DNA of 64,000 bases from Oceanispirochaeta sp. (GCA_963663385.2 CAXXXD010000001.1:160001-224000), one strand, 5' to 3'; counted from the first letter of the stretch, positions 37,522 to 47,183 are shown. Notes: a model not told the origin generated them from the sequence alone. A program made the numbers and translations.

Positions 37522-38575
37522 AAGGGAAAGTCAGATGAAAAACCATTCCCTTATCCGAACGGAATTGAGCCGTTCCCCCTATCTGTGCGGTTAAGGAAGA
37601 AATAAGCTTCATCCCCAGGCCATTTCCCTTTGAAGATTCCATGCGACCCCCCTCTTCAATCCCGGTGCCGTTATCACGGATTATGATCTGATACTGATCA
37701 TTATCAAGAGCCAGATCAAACGTGATCTGCGGGAAATCAACACCTTTAAAGGCATATTTTATACTATTGATAATAACTTCATGAACAATTAATCCCAGAT
37801 AAATTACCCTGTCACTGATAACGGGGTGATCCCCCGCAGGCCAGCAGGTTTTCAGATGAACACCGCCTTTACCTGCCCCGGTCAATATATTTTCCAGAAG
37901 GACGGAAAGGTAATCCTTCAAATCGATATAATTCGAGTTTCCCTCCCGATAGAGCTGTTCATGTACCAGCGAGATGGAAAAAACCCGCTGACTCAGCTTC
38001 CTGCACTCCTCCCGAAAGAGCGGGTCATCGACCCGGTTTACATGCAGCTGAATCAGACTCTTTATAATGTTGAGATTATTCCTTACCCTGTGATTCACTT
38101 CCTGAAGCAGGATCTCCTTATCCGCCAGAGTACGCCGGAGCTTCTCCTCGGTTATCCGACGTTTATGAATTTCCCTGTTCAGCTTGTCAAAATAATCGCT
38201 CAAATACCCCATTACAAGACCAACCAGGATACCGGAAGCTTCTGCAACAACCAGACTGGCAGGAGCATATTCGGGATGCCCCATTATATGGAAGGCCAGA
38301 AGGTTAAGGGGAAGTCCCAGAGAACCGGCGATAAACCCTCCCGCCAGGCCATAACAGATTGTCACACTAATGATAGGCAGGAGAATGAAATAATTACTGG
38401 AAATCTTTAGGGAATTTCCCCAAATCAGTAGTATACTAATGTACACGGCCAGTGACAGACAAATCGAGATGAACTTGTTCCTTCCGATATATTGTCTATG
38501 GAGCATTGCCAGAAAATTATCCAGAGGTGTAAGATAACGTTCCAGGGCATAGGATCGGCTCTGTTTAAAAAACAT
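37514..38575 (-). CDS. membrane sensor histidine kinase (HisKA_2 type)
   Basis: Several N-terminal TMs; EVNHRVRNNL, VHEQLY, E...NSIKYAF, DNGTG, GLGMKL. Confidence 0.92.
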   Translation of the reverse strand: MFFKQSRSYALERYLTPLDNFLAMLHRQYIGRNKFISICLSLAVYISILLIWGNSLKISSNYFILLPIISVTICYGLAGGFIAGSLGLPLNLLAFHIMGHPEYAPASLVVAEASGILVGLVMGYLSDYFDKLNREIHKRRITEEKLRRTLADKEILLQEVNHRVRNNLNIIKSLIQLHVNRVDDPLFREECRKLSQRVFSISLVHEQLYREGNSNYIDLKDYLSVLLENILTGAGKGGVHLKTCWPAGDHPVISDRVIYLGLIVHEVIINSIKYAFKGVDFPQITFDLALDNDQYQIIIRDNGTGIEEGGRMESSKGNGLGMKLISSLTAQIGGTAQFRSDKGMVFHLTFPSK

Positions 38576-38630
38576 AGGTATAATATAACTTAATTAAAAA
38601 TGTTTTACAAAATAATTATGGAGAGGAAGA

Positions 38631-39005
38631 ATGCCCCAGAAGAAAATCCTCATTGTAGAAGATGAACCTATCATTGCGATGGAACTTCAGGAGTCGTTAC
38701 AGGCTGCGGGATACCTGGTTCCGGAAATTGTCCGCAATGCGGATGATGTCCTTACCAGCGTAATGAAAAACAATCCCGATCTCATCATTATGGATATATA
38801 TCTGAAAAGCTTTATTGATGGAATCGATGCCGCCCAGAGGGTCAAGATGATAAAGCATGTACCGGTAATCTTCCTGACAGCCTACCCGAACGAAACAATC
38901 AGAAAGAAGGCGATGGGGATCAATCCCGATGCTTATCTTCTCAAGCCTGTTCAGGACGAAGAACTCCATCAGAATGTTGAAGATGTTCTGAAAAAGTATG
39001 CCTGA
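38631..39005 (+). CDS. single-domain response regulator
   Basis: ILIVEDE, MDIYL, FLTAY, LLKP. Confidence 0.92.
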   Translation: MPQKKILIVEDEPIIAMELQESLQAAGYLVPEIVRNADDVLTSVMKNNPDLIIMDIYLKSFIDGIDAAQRVKMIKHVPVIFLTAYPNETIRKKAMGINPDAYLLKPVQDEELHQNVEDVLKKYA

Positions 39006-39025
39006 TAAAAACCTGTGAGGCCTTA

Positions 39026-39451
39026 ATGCATTTTAAAGAAAGTCATAAAAAAATCATTCTTGATCACTACAGAAACCCCCGACACAAAAAAGAACTTGCG
39101 GAATCCGAGCAGGATTCTGTTCTGGACAACCCTTCCTGCGGTGACCGTGTAGCCCTGCAGATCCGAGAAGAGAATGGCATCATCAGGGAACTGAACTTTG
39201 ATGGAGAAGGATGCTCTCTCAGCATGGCCTCCGCATCAATACTGACAGACCTGATATCAGGGAAGCCCCTTGATGAAGCCAGGTCAATCTGCTCCCGTAT
39301 CCTGAGAGTTTTCCGGGGGGATGAACCGGCATCCGTATTGAATGATTTCGGAGATATCGCCGCCTTTGAAGAACTCACCCTGTATCCGGTTCGCCTTAAG
39401 TGCGCAACCCTTGCCTGGGAAACCCTGGAGCAGCTTTGGAAAATGCCATAA
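39026..39451 (+). CDS. sufU: SufU-type Fe-S assembly sulfur-transfer protein
   Basis: ILDHYRNPRH, NPSCGD, GCSLSMAS, PVRLKCATLAW. Confidence 0.93.
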   Translation: MHFKESHKKIILDHYRNPRHKKELAESEQDSVLDNPSCGDRVALQIREENGIIRELNFDGEGCSLSMASASILTDLISGKPLDEARSICSRILRVFRGDEPASVLNDFGDIAAFEELTLYPVRLKCATLAWETLEQLWKMP

Positions 39452-40923
39452 TCCCGGTTCTTCTCAGCCACCCGGTATTGACGACGGCTGGAATTATGAC
39501 CGGGATATCCCTTCTGATTATCCCCCTGTCCATCCGTTATATTATTACCCCGTTAATCCTTCTCAGCGTATCCCGTCGTTACCGTTCAAAAAAACGTTCA
39601 AAAGATGAGTTGTGGATGGAAGGAGAGAGCCGGAAACTGGCAGACAGGATGTATGGAAGAATCAGGAGCATTCTCTATCACTCGGAATCCTTTCAGCTTT
39701 CAACGGATCTTAAGAGTCTGCTGGGAATCCTTATCCCTGCCGGAGAGGGAGAGGATGTCCTTGAATCCCTGCGGTTTGATTTTTCTCCCGTACGGTTTCT
39801 GGAAACCCTCCTGTTCGCCTATGAGGATCTGCACCTGGAAGCGGAAAAGCGCTTTCTACTCCGTTATCTTTTGAAAAGACGGATAAAATGGTTCAAACCT
39901 TTTCAGGGCGGAATGAAGTTCCAGCGAATGATAAACAGTATCCCTGTTATAGACTTTTTCAACAAAAAAGGTCTTTTCACCCAGGTATTCAGGCTGATTC
40001 TTATTCCGCTTATCGGTCTTCCGGGAATCCTGCTATATACCCTGCGGTCCATCACGATCCGGGGAATATGGGCCGGTTTAATCCGATACTACTATACCCA
40101 CTTCCTTTTCAGGGCGGGCCACTACCTTATCTATCTCTATGGCGGCAATACCGTAGCCCTGATGGAAAGGCGCAAGAAATTCTCACGCAGTGAGATAGTC
40201 AGAAAAGGGCTCCATTACGACAGGGAACTTTCCCTGCTGCCCGACCCTGAGATTAAACCGGAAACCCTTACCGAGATGCTGAGTACCTACGAACAGATTA
40301 TGACCGATGCCGGGTTTGCCCACGATCCGATCTATACCCTGAAAGAGCAGCCCCGGAATATTGGTCACGGACTCAGGAGGCAGGTAAAGGGAATGTTCAG
40401 ACGGACCCTTTCCGCACTTAATCACCAGTTCACCGAAAAAGAAGAGAACCAGGGGATGCGGGAAACTGCACTCCGGCTGCTTCTGGAACTCCCGGGTAAA
40501 AGGTATCCCGGCAGAAAGGACCCCTGGATGAATTACAGGATTATTCAGGGATTAAATGTATCCTACCGCCTTCTGATGATCAGTCTCAGCCGGGTTTATT
40601 CCAATGCCCCCGGCAGTCACTTTGCCATGGAGCGGGTATCTGTCGATCTTATCCGGCAGGCAAGGGAATTCAGCAGACAGCCTCTGATAGCCCTCCTGTC
40701 CAGGACAGGCAGGAACTCCTATAAAGCAATCAAACCCCTCCTGCACCTGAGAAAACTCAACCGTTTAAGAAGCAGAACGACTCCAATGGGAGTGGCCACA
40801 CTCAGCATGCCCCTTCTGGGGAAACTGATCCAGGATCGATGGAAGGAACTGATCCTCTATCGCCTGGGAAGGGCTGTTATCCGTTATTCCATTTTTGAAG
40901 AGGAAACCCGCTCGCTCCCCTGA
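39436..40923 (+). CDS. hypothetical membrane-associated protein
   Basis: Long ORF; GGAG before TTG 39436; hydrophobic N-terminus, basic composition. Confidence 0.7.
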   Translation: MENAIIPVLLSHPVLTTAGIMTGISLLIIPLSIRYIITPLILLSVSRRYRSKKRSKDELWMEGESRKLADRMYGRIRSILYHSESFQLSTDLKSLLGILIPAGEGEDVLESLRFDFSPVRFLETLLFAYEDLHLEAEKRFLLRYLLKRRIKWFKPFQGGMKFQRMINSIPVIDFFNKKGLFTQVFRLILIPLIGLPGILLYTLRSITIRGIWAGLIRYYYTHFLFRAGHYLIYLYGGNTVALMERRKKFSRSEIVRKGLHYDRELSLLPDPEIKPETLTEMLSTYEQIMTDAGFAHDPIYTLKEQPRNIGHGLRRQVKGMFRRTLSALNHQFTEKEENQGMRETALRLLLELPGKRYPGRKDPWMNYRIIQGLNVSYRLLMISLSRVYSNAPGSHFAMERVSVDLIRQAREFSRQPLIALLSRTGRNSYKAIKPLLHLRKLNRLRSRTTPMGVATLSMPLLGKLIQDRWKELILYRLGRAVIRYSIFEEETRSLP

Positions 40924-40961
40924 CTTCACACAGAGGGCTATCCCCGTTACAATTATCAGCT

Positions 40962-42338
40962 ATGGATATGGTGAAAATAGGCCACATAACAGATTTGCAT
41001 TTCCGTCATTTTATCCCGGGTTCATCGGTAAAGCATAAAAACAGAAGCCGGGATATGCTTCCTGTTTTAAAAAAAACCCTGCAGAATTTGAAAAGAGACC
41101 GGGTCGATATACTTGTTATCACCGGAGATATCGTGGATGCACCGGCTATTATTCAAAACGGGAATGACTATTATATGGACCTGATCACCCCTTTCAGGGA
41201 AACCGTCCGGAAAGACTATCGCCTGATCCGCAGCCTCCTGGCCCAGTCCGGTCTCCCCTGGATGATAATCCCCGGTAACAGGGATGTATATGATCTGTTT
41301 GATGAAACATTCGGTGATCATCCCATAATAATGGACATACGGCGGTTCCGCTTCATCGGCTTTCAGGACAGGCAGTGGGACCATAAGATCCCCAGGCGAT
41401 TTGACAGGGAAAGGCGCCTTATGGAAACGGCCCTGGCAGATGATGCTCATCCCAGACAAATCCACCTTCAGCACTATCTGATTCACAAAGGGGACAAATC
41501 AGACAGGGAACACCGCTACCTGGAGTGGGACAATATCCGGAAAATGACCCGGGATTCGGAAAAGGTCCTTCTCAGCCTGTCCGGCCATTATCATCCGGGG
41601 GTTCCCTCTCTGAAAGAGGGAACAACTACCTGGTATTCAGCCAAAGCCCTCTGCCGCGTCCCCCATACCCTTACCATTCATGAGCTATGGGAAAATGGAG
41701 ACCACAGCTGCACCGAGGAAGTAGTGGATACAGATTCCGCCACGGCAGGCAAGCCTGTCGTGTTTCTGGATAGGGATGGTGTTATCAATACTCGCCATGC
41801 CTATACAACCGGACCGGAAGAGATGGAATTGATTCCGGGATCCGCCCGGGCGATAAAACTTCTGAAAGAAGCAGGGTATGCTGTTGTGGTTAATACAAAT
41901 CAGTCCTGTATAGGCCTGGGCTATGTACCGGAATCGGTGGTTCAGTTAAACAACGAGTATATGTGCTACCTGATGATGCAGGAAACAGGAGATCCCGAAG
42001 CGCAGCCTGATGCCATTTTCTACAGCAAGGGAGCCGGAAAAAAAGCAATCCACTCCTCCCTGAAGGATCTCAGCCTGACCAAACCCTCTCCTGCCCTTCT
42101 GGAAAAAGCGTTTTCACTTCTGCAGTTGAATAGAGAAGATTCCTGGATGATTGGAGACCGGGAAGGGGACCTTTTGTGCGGGCGGAATGGAAGAGTCTCT
42201 CCCCTATTGGTAATGACGGGAAAAGGAGAAGAAACAGCCTCACTGATAAATAAAGGGGAATACCCCGGTTTAGTGATCAAACGGGACCTTTTGGCTGCTG
42301 CCGAATTTATTATAAACAACCGTAAATCTAGATGGTAA
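40962..42338 (+). CDS. metallophosphoesterase fused to HAD-IIIA (GmhB/HisB-like) phosphatase
   Basis: DLH, GDIVD, GNRD, GHYH; then FLDRDGVIN, TNQS, KP, MIGDREGD. Confidence 0.85.
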   Translation: MDMVKIGHITDLHFRHFIPGSSVKHKNRSRDMLPVLKKTLQNLKRDRVDILVITGDIVDAPAIIQNGNDYYMDLITPFRETVRKDYRLIRSLLAQSGLPWMIIPGNRDVYDLFDETFGDHPIIMDIRRFRFIGFQDRQWDHKIPRRFDRERRLMETALADDAHPRQIHLQHYLIHKGDKSDREHRYLEWDNIRKMTRDSEKVLLSLSGHYHPGVPSLKEGTTTWYSAKALCRVPHTLTIHELWENGDHSCTEEVVDTDSATAGKPVVFLDRDGVINTRHAYTTGPEEMELIPGSARAIKLLKEAGYAVVVNTNQSCIGLGYVPESVVQLNNEYMCYLMMQETGDPEAQPDAIFYSKGAGKKAIHSSLKDLSLTKPSPALLEKAFSLLQLNREDSWMIGDREGDLLCGRNGRVSPLLVMTGKGEETASLINKGEYPGLVIKRDLLAAAEFIINNRKSRW

Positions 42339-42472
42339 CAAACTTTCTTTTAAATTTTCAATTAATGAAAAACACATTATCTCCCGGTTATTTTTTACTT
42401 GTTCCATTGGGAATTCAGGTTTAATGTGGTAGAAGTCGCTATAAATTAATTCATCTGAAAGAGGTATATAAA

Positions 42473-43105
42473 ATGAGAAGTAAGTTTGTGGTATTTGTCG
42501 GTTTAGCCCTGTTGCTAATAGCCCCTCTCTTCAGCGCATCCCCGGAGATTACCCCGACCTACGGGAATTGGGATATGTCGGGAAGCCGTCTTTATCAGAA
42601 GGATCTGAATGTAGGAATGGCCAAAGCGAATCTGCCGGTAAAACAGCAGGGTACCATGGTCTATGAATTCAATGTAAAATATGTTGACGGCCTACAGGAC
42701 GGAATGGGCGGTTTCGGAATTCATGTGTTTGTTGACAAACCTGCCGCAGGAAAAGCTTACGGAGAAGGGGATTCCTACCTGCTTTGGCTGAACTATGATG
42801 AGAATCCAGTATCATCCAGAATTCCTGCCGGATTAAGCGCCCAGGTTTACAAGAGCAATTCCTATACAGATATGAAACTGGTTGAAGCCGTTTCGCTAAA
42901 ATCCATTGAACCTGTAATTTCCAGATACCTGGATCAGAAACTCCCCGTAAAACTGGTTATTAACGGAAAAACCGGAATGGCGAAAATTTATGACCCTTTC
43001 AACAGTAATGTAGCCTATACGTTCTCCATGGGAGACGACTTCCCCGAAAGCGGAAACTATGTATCCCTCAGAACAAACAGCCTTGGCGTAAGCTTCGGCT
43101 ATTAA
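42473..43105 (+). CDS. exported hypothetical protein
   Basis: Signal peptide, GAGG RBS, beta-rich sequence. Confidence 0.75.
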   Translation: MRSKFVVFVGLALLLIAPLFSASPEITPTYGNWDMSGSRLYQKDLNVGMAKANLPVKQQGTMVYEFNVKYVDGLQDGMGGFGIHVFVDKPAAGKAYGEGDSYLLWLNYDENPVSSRIPAGLSAQVYKSNSYTDMKLVEAVSLKSIEPVISRYLDQKLPVKLVINGKTGMAKIYDPFNSNVAYTFSMGDDFPESGNYVSLRTNSLGVSFGY

Positions 43106-43113
43106 TATAAGAT

Positions 43114-43204
43114 TCCCCTCTCACGGCCTCCCTTAATCCCTCCAAAGGAGGGAAACCGAATTGACTTCTCCCCTTCGGGGAGATTGAGTGGGGCCGAGAG
43201 GGGA
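43114..43204 (+). repeat. about 91-bp structured REP/REPIN-like element, copy 2
   Basis: Near-identical to 9485-9575. Confidence 0.85.
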
Positions 43205-43220
43205 GATTATGAGATATACT

Positions 43221-43249
43221 AAGATCGGTGTAATACCGGTCTTTTTTTT
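43221..43249 (+). terminator. intrinsic terminator
   Basis: AAGATCGGT/ACCGGTCTT stem followed by a T run. Confidence 0.8.
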
Positions 43250-43292
43250 ACCCGTTACGGGGATTCAGCAATAAGCGGGAACTATATTAAAG

Positions 43293-43350
43293 ATCTCGAT
43301 CCCCGAGCGGACGTTTTGCTGAGCGGAGTCGAAGTAGTCGAGGGGGAGAT
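43293..43350 (+). repeat. nested REP-like element
   Basis: CCCCGAGCGGA[..GCTGAGCGGAGTCGAAGTA]GTCGAGGGGG. Confidence 0.6.
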
Positions 43351-43352
43351 AA

Positions 43353-43922
43353 ATGACAAAAAAAGAGAGCCGTAAACAGTTTAAAGAGTTCTGGAATGCC
43401 ATGGCTGATGGAACCCTTGCTTCCATCAGCAGTGCTGTCTGCCGGCTGATTCTGAAATCGGATGAATGGGAAAAAGCATCCACTCTTCTGGGTTACCTTT
43501 CATTCGGAAAGGAAATCAGCCTGGACCTGTTGATTCAGGAGAGCCTGTCAGCCGGTAAAATCGTTGCGGTCCCTCTGATAGAGAGCAGAACGGAAATGAC
43601 TTTCCGAAAACTCTCCCGCTGGACACCCGAAGGATTTTCTCTGAACCGCTGGGGGATCAGGGAACCGGAACGAGACCGCCCCCCTGTCATTCCCGGGGAG
43701 AAATGCCTGATACTGGTTCCCGGTCTGGGGTTTTCAACGGATGGAAGAAGAATGGGACGGGGCGGCGGCTATTACGACCGCTACCTGTCGGCAGCAGATC
43801 TGTCGGGCAGCCATCTGATGGGAATCTGCTGTGAAGCTGGATTATCTGAAGAGATTCCGACGGATCCCCATGATATCCCTGTTCACAGCATCTGTACGGA
43901 AAAAAGACTGATCAGTCCTTAA
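43353..43922 (+). CDS. 5-formyltetrahydrofolate cyclo-ligase
   Basis: WGIREP, LVPGLGF..DGRRMGRGGGYYDRYL, PHDIPV. Confidence 0.93.
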   Translation: MTKKESRKQFKEFWNAMADGTLASISSAVCRLILKSDEWEKASTLLGYLSFGKEISLDLLIQESLSAGKIVAVPLIESRTEMTFRKLSRWTPEGFSLNRWGIREPERDRPPVIPGEKCLILVPGLGFSTDGRRMGRGGGYYDRYLSAADLSGSHLMGICCEAGLSEEIPTDPHDIPVHSICTEKRLISP

Positions 43923-44277
43923 ACTGGTCCATTTCCCTGGTAATTTTTTTAAGGGTTTCCTTGGAAAAGACCTTTCCGATTACCTCTTTTCCGGCAATGG
44001 TTTCCTCATAGAACCCTTTTTCACTGCTCAGCATTTCACGAAATCCCTCCAGAAGATGCGCCCTGAGGGCAACAGGCTTTCCAAGGATAATCAGTCCCTC
44101 GTAACTGTTCTGAATCTGATTCCATCTTAATTCCCGTATCTCTGAAACAGTCAGAACCCCTGTCTCCACCAAACCGAGGAAATACTCTTCCTCTTTCTGC
44201 CAATGGTAACCATCCAGCATGGCGGCTGCCCTTGTCTTGAATTTATCGGCTCTTTGCCTTTCGCTTCTTTTACTCAT
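43912..44277 (-). CDS. hypothetical protein
   Basis: 121-aa ORF with upstream promoter-like region; weak resemblance to a tyrosine recombinase segment. Confidence 0.6.
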   Translation of the reverse strand: MSKRSERQRADKFKTRAAAMLDGYHWQKEEEYFLGLVETGVLTVSEIRELRWNQIQNSYEGLIILGKPVALRAHLLEGFREMLSSEKGFYEETIAGKEVIGKVFSKETLKKITREMDQFKD

Positions 44278-44384
44278 AGCAGAAGGAGTATATCATAGGG
44301 AAAGGATATAAAATACTCCTTGATCAGGGAGATATATCCTATTATCTTGTTCTATGAACAGACAGACAATAACAGAGGAATACT

Positions 44385-44966
44385 ATGGGAAAGATCAAAT
44401 CGGCCCTAGAACTGGCCCTGGAGAAAACCGCCGACCTGAAAGTTGATAAATCGGCTGTAAAAAAGAACAGCCTCACCAGGGAAGGGAAAGTCTGCGCATC
44501 CTCGTTCCTGGATAATCCGTCCAAATCCGATTTGGCAGACCGCTTGAAACATTATAAAGGGGAAGAACGGGAATGGTTCCGGTCCGGAGCAATGGATACG
44601 ATCCTGGCAAACCTGATCCTTCCACAGATAGAAGCGGATCTGCAGAAGCTCAATAATCTGGCGGAAGGTCTGATTATTCTGACAGGTGAAAAAAAGCAGA
44701 CCAAAGAAATGTTCAGCCAGCTGCGTCAGCTCTTTGAACAGTACATTGCCAATATGGACCAGCTGGAAGAGGGGTTGAAACAGCAGTATGAGCCCCAGCT
44801 CCGTCAGAAAGAGATGCAGATCCGTCAACAGACAGGACAGGACATCCATCTGACCCCGGATTCTGATCCGGATTTTATAAAACTCCTTTCCGAACAGTTC
44901 GGAAGGATGGAGCAGCAGTACAACGAAGTTCTGAAGCAGGTAAAAGAAGAGATCAGGAATTCCTGA
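44385..44966 (+). CDS. conserved hypothetical coiled-coil protein (DUF6657-like)
   Basis: MGKIKSALELALEKT N-terminus; GAGG RBS. Confidence 0.7.
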   Translation: MGKIKSALELALEKTADLKVDKSAVKKNSLTREGKVCASSFLDNPSKSDLADRLKHYKGEEREWFRSGAMDTILANLILPQIEADLQKLNNLAEGLIILTGEKKQTKEMFSQLRQLFEQYIANMDQLEEGLKQQYEPQLRQKEMQIRQQTGQDIHLTPDSDPDFIKLLSEQFGRMEQQYNEVLKQVKEEIRNS

Positions 44967-44981
44967 TCCGCTTCCGGAAAA

Positions 44982-47183
44982 ATGGAACTCTTTTCGCAGG
45001 CGCCCCAGAATGAACCCCTCGCCGCAAGGATGCGTCCGCGGAACCTGGATGAATACATAGGACAGGATCATATTATAGGACCGGGAAGGCTGCTGAGAAG
45101 AGCCATTCAGGCTGACCAGCTATCCTCCCTCATATTCTATGGTCCTCCCGGAACAGGAAAAACAACACTGGCCCGGGTAATTGCCGGTACAACCAGCAGC
45201 CGTTTTATCAGTATAAACGCTGTCTTAAGCGGGGTGAAACAGATCCGGGAAGCCATTGAGGACGCCCAGAAGACGAGGGATCTCCATGGCAGACGGAGCA
45301 TACTTTTTGTGGATGAGGTTCACCGCTGGAACAAGGCCCAGCAGGACGCCCTCCTTCCCTGGGTGGAAAACGGAACGATTATCCTGATTGGGGCAACAAC
45401 AGAGAACCCCTATTTTGAAGTGAATTCCGCACTGGTCAGCAGGAGCAGAATTTTCCAGCTTAAACAGCTGACATCCGAGAACCTGTATCAGGTTGCCCTG
45501 CAGGCGGTATCCGATAAGGAGAGGGGCTACGGCCGGTGGAAGGTCAGCTTTCAGGAAGGGGCTCTGGAGCATCTTGTGAAGACAGCCGACGGGGATGCCC
45601 GCAGCATCCTGAACTCCCTCCAGCTGGCTGTGGAAACGACTCCCGAATCCTACCCTCCCCCGGAAGGTTCCTCCATTGAAATATCCATGGAGACGGCAGA
45701 GGAAAGTATCCAGAAAAAAGTGGTCCTTTACGACAAGGAAGGGGACTACCACTACGATACCATCAGCGCTTTTATAAAATCTATCCGGGGGTCCGATCCC
45801 GATGCGGCCCTCTACTGGATGGCCCGAATGATCCGGGCGGGGGAAGATCCCCGGTTTATCCTGAGGCGGATGATTATCTCTGCATCAGAGGATATCGGGA
45901 TGGCAGACCCAAACGCTCTGACCGTTGTCAATGCGGCGGCCCAGGCTTACGACCGGATAGGTCTCCCCGAAGGCCAGTTCCCCCTGACCCAGGCGGCGCT
46001 TTACCTGGCAACGGCTCCCAAATCCAACTCATCCCTGGCGTTTTTCGATGCTATAAAGGTTGTGGAAGAGGAAGCTGCCCGGGAGGTCCCCAATCACCTG
46101 AAAGATCCCAGCCGGGACAAACACGGCTTCGGCCATGGCGAGGGATACAACTACCCCCATGCCTATCGGGACCACTGGGTGGCACAGGCCTATCTGCCGG
46201 AGGGCCTGAAAGGCCGGATCTTCTATCAGCCATCCTCCCAGGGCTATGAGAAACAGATTCAGGACGGGGTGCTGAAAAAAAGGGAAGCCCAGATGGCTTC
46301 CATGATAGAGGAACCTCCGGAAGTTCTGACTTTCTCCCCGGGAGATAAACAGAGAGACGCCTGGATGAGAAGAACCTCCGGCCGGACCGGCCGGTTTCTG
46401 GAAGAAATGCGGAGCCGTATGTTTTCCCTGGCAAAACCGGACAGAAACAGCCGGATCCTTGTCTGGAAAGAGACAGGGGGACTTTTTCTGTGGGAGGCCT
46501 GGAGACAGGTCCCTGAGGGCGGAGTATACGCCTACTTCCCGGAGAAAAAACATATGGACCTGTGCTCCCATTTTGCCCGGACCCTTCCGGAATCGGAAAG
46601 GCCGGCACTTGTCGGTGCAAACGGATCATCTCATGAGACTCTGGAGGAATTTAAAAAAAAGGGCATCCTCTTTGAGCATATTATCTGCAGGAACTGGCTT
46701 TTCGGCACTCGGGAAGAGTCCCGTATAAAGGAGTTCAAAGCCCTCAGGTCGCTTCTGGCTCCCGGCGGCTGCCTGATAACCAGCGAGCCCCTTCCGGGAT
46801 CGGGAAGCCGGATCAGCACATTCCTGAGGGATGGGATCGGACCAGTTGAAAATATTAACGATTTTATTGATGCAGAAGACCGGGTATACAGGGAGTGGCA
46901 CCCGTCTCTGACTTCGGAAGATCGGGTCCGGCAGGAGTTTGTCTCTTTTGGCTGCAGCGATATTAACAGTGAAGTACTATCAATAAAAGAGGACAGGCTC
47001 CTGACGGAGGAGCTTCTCAGACAGTGGCTAAATCCCGCCAATGAGGGAAACCTCGGACACAGGATGAGCCAGTATATAAATGAAGAGTCTGTGAAGCACT
47101 ATCTTGAAGAGAGTATCCTCAAATTAAAGGATGTAAGGGTTTCCTGGGAAAGTTTTTATGCCCTGATACGAGTTTCTTTCTGA
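44982..47183 (+). CDS. rarA: replication-associated recombination protein RarA/MgsA with long C-terminal extension
   Basis: [45 protein letters not shown]. Confidence 0.92.
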   Translation: MELFSQAPQNEPLAARMRPRNLDEYIGQDHIIGPGRLLRRAIQADQLSSLIFYGPPGTGKTTLARVIAGTTSSRFISINAVLSGVKQIREAIEDAQKTRDLHGRRSILFVDEVHRWNKAQQDALLPWVENGTIILIGATTENPYFEVNSALVSRSRIFQLKQLTSENLYQVALQAVSDKERGYGRWKVSFQEGALEHLVKTADGDARSILNSLQLAVETTPESYPPPEGSSIEISMETAEESIQKKVVLYDKEGDYHYDTISAFIKSIRGSDPDAALYWMARMIRAGEDPRFILRRMIISASEDIGMADPNALTVVNAAAQAYDRIGLPEGQFPLTQAALYLATAPKSNSSLAFFDAIKVVEEEAAREVPNHLKDPSRDKHGFGHGEGYNYPHAYRDHWVAQAYLPEGLKGRIFYQPSSQGYEKQIQDGVLKKREAQMASMIEEPPEVLTFSPGDKQRDAWMRRTSGRTGRFLEEMRSRMFSLAKPDRNSRILVWKETGGLFLWEAWRQVPEGGVYAYFPEKKHMDLCSHFARTLPESERPALVGANGSSHETLEEFKKKGILFEHIICRNWLFGTREESRIKEFKALRSLLAPGGCLITSEPLPGSGSRISTFLRDGIGPVENINDFIDAEDRVYREWHPSLTSEDRVRQEFVSFGCSDINSEVLSIKEDRLLTEELLRQWLNPANEGNLGHRMSQYINEESVKHYLEESILKLKDVRVSWESFYALIRVSF

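Noticed and set aside
43106..43352. 6S RNA upstream of 5-formyl-THF cyclo-ligase (classic ssrS-ygfA linkage)
   Set aside because: The interval is accounted for by a repeat, a terminator and a nested REP; no long 6S-like rod was seen. An Rfam RF00013 search would settle it.
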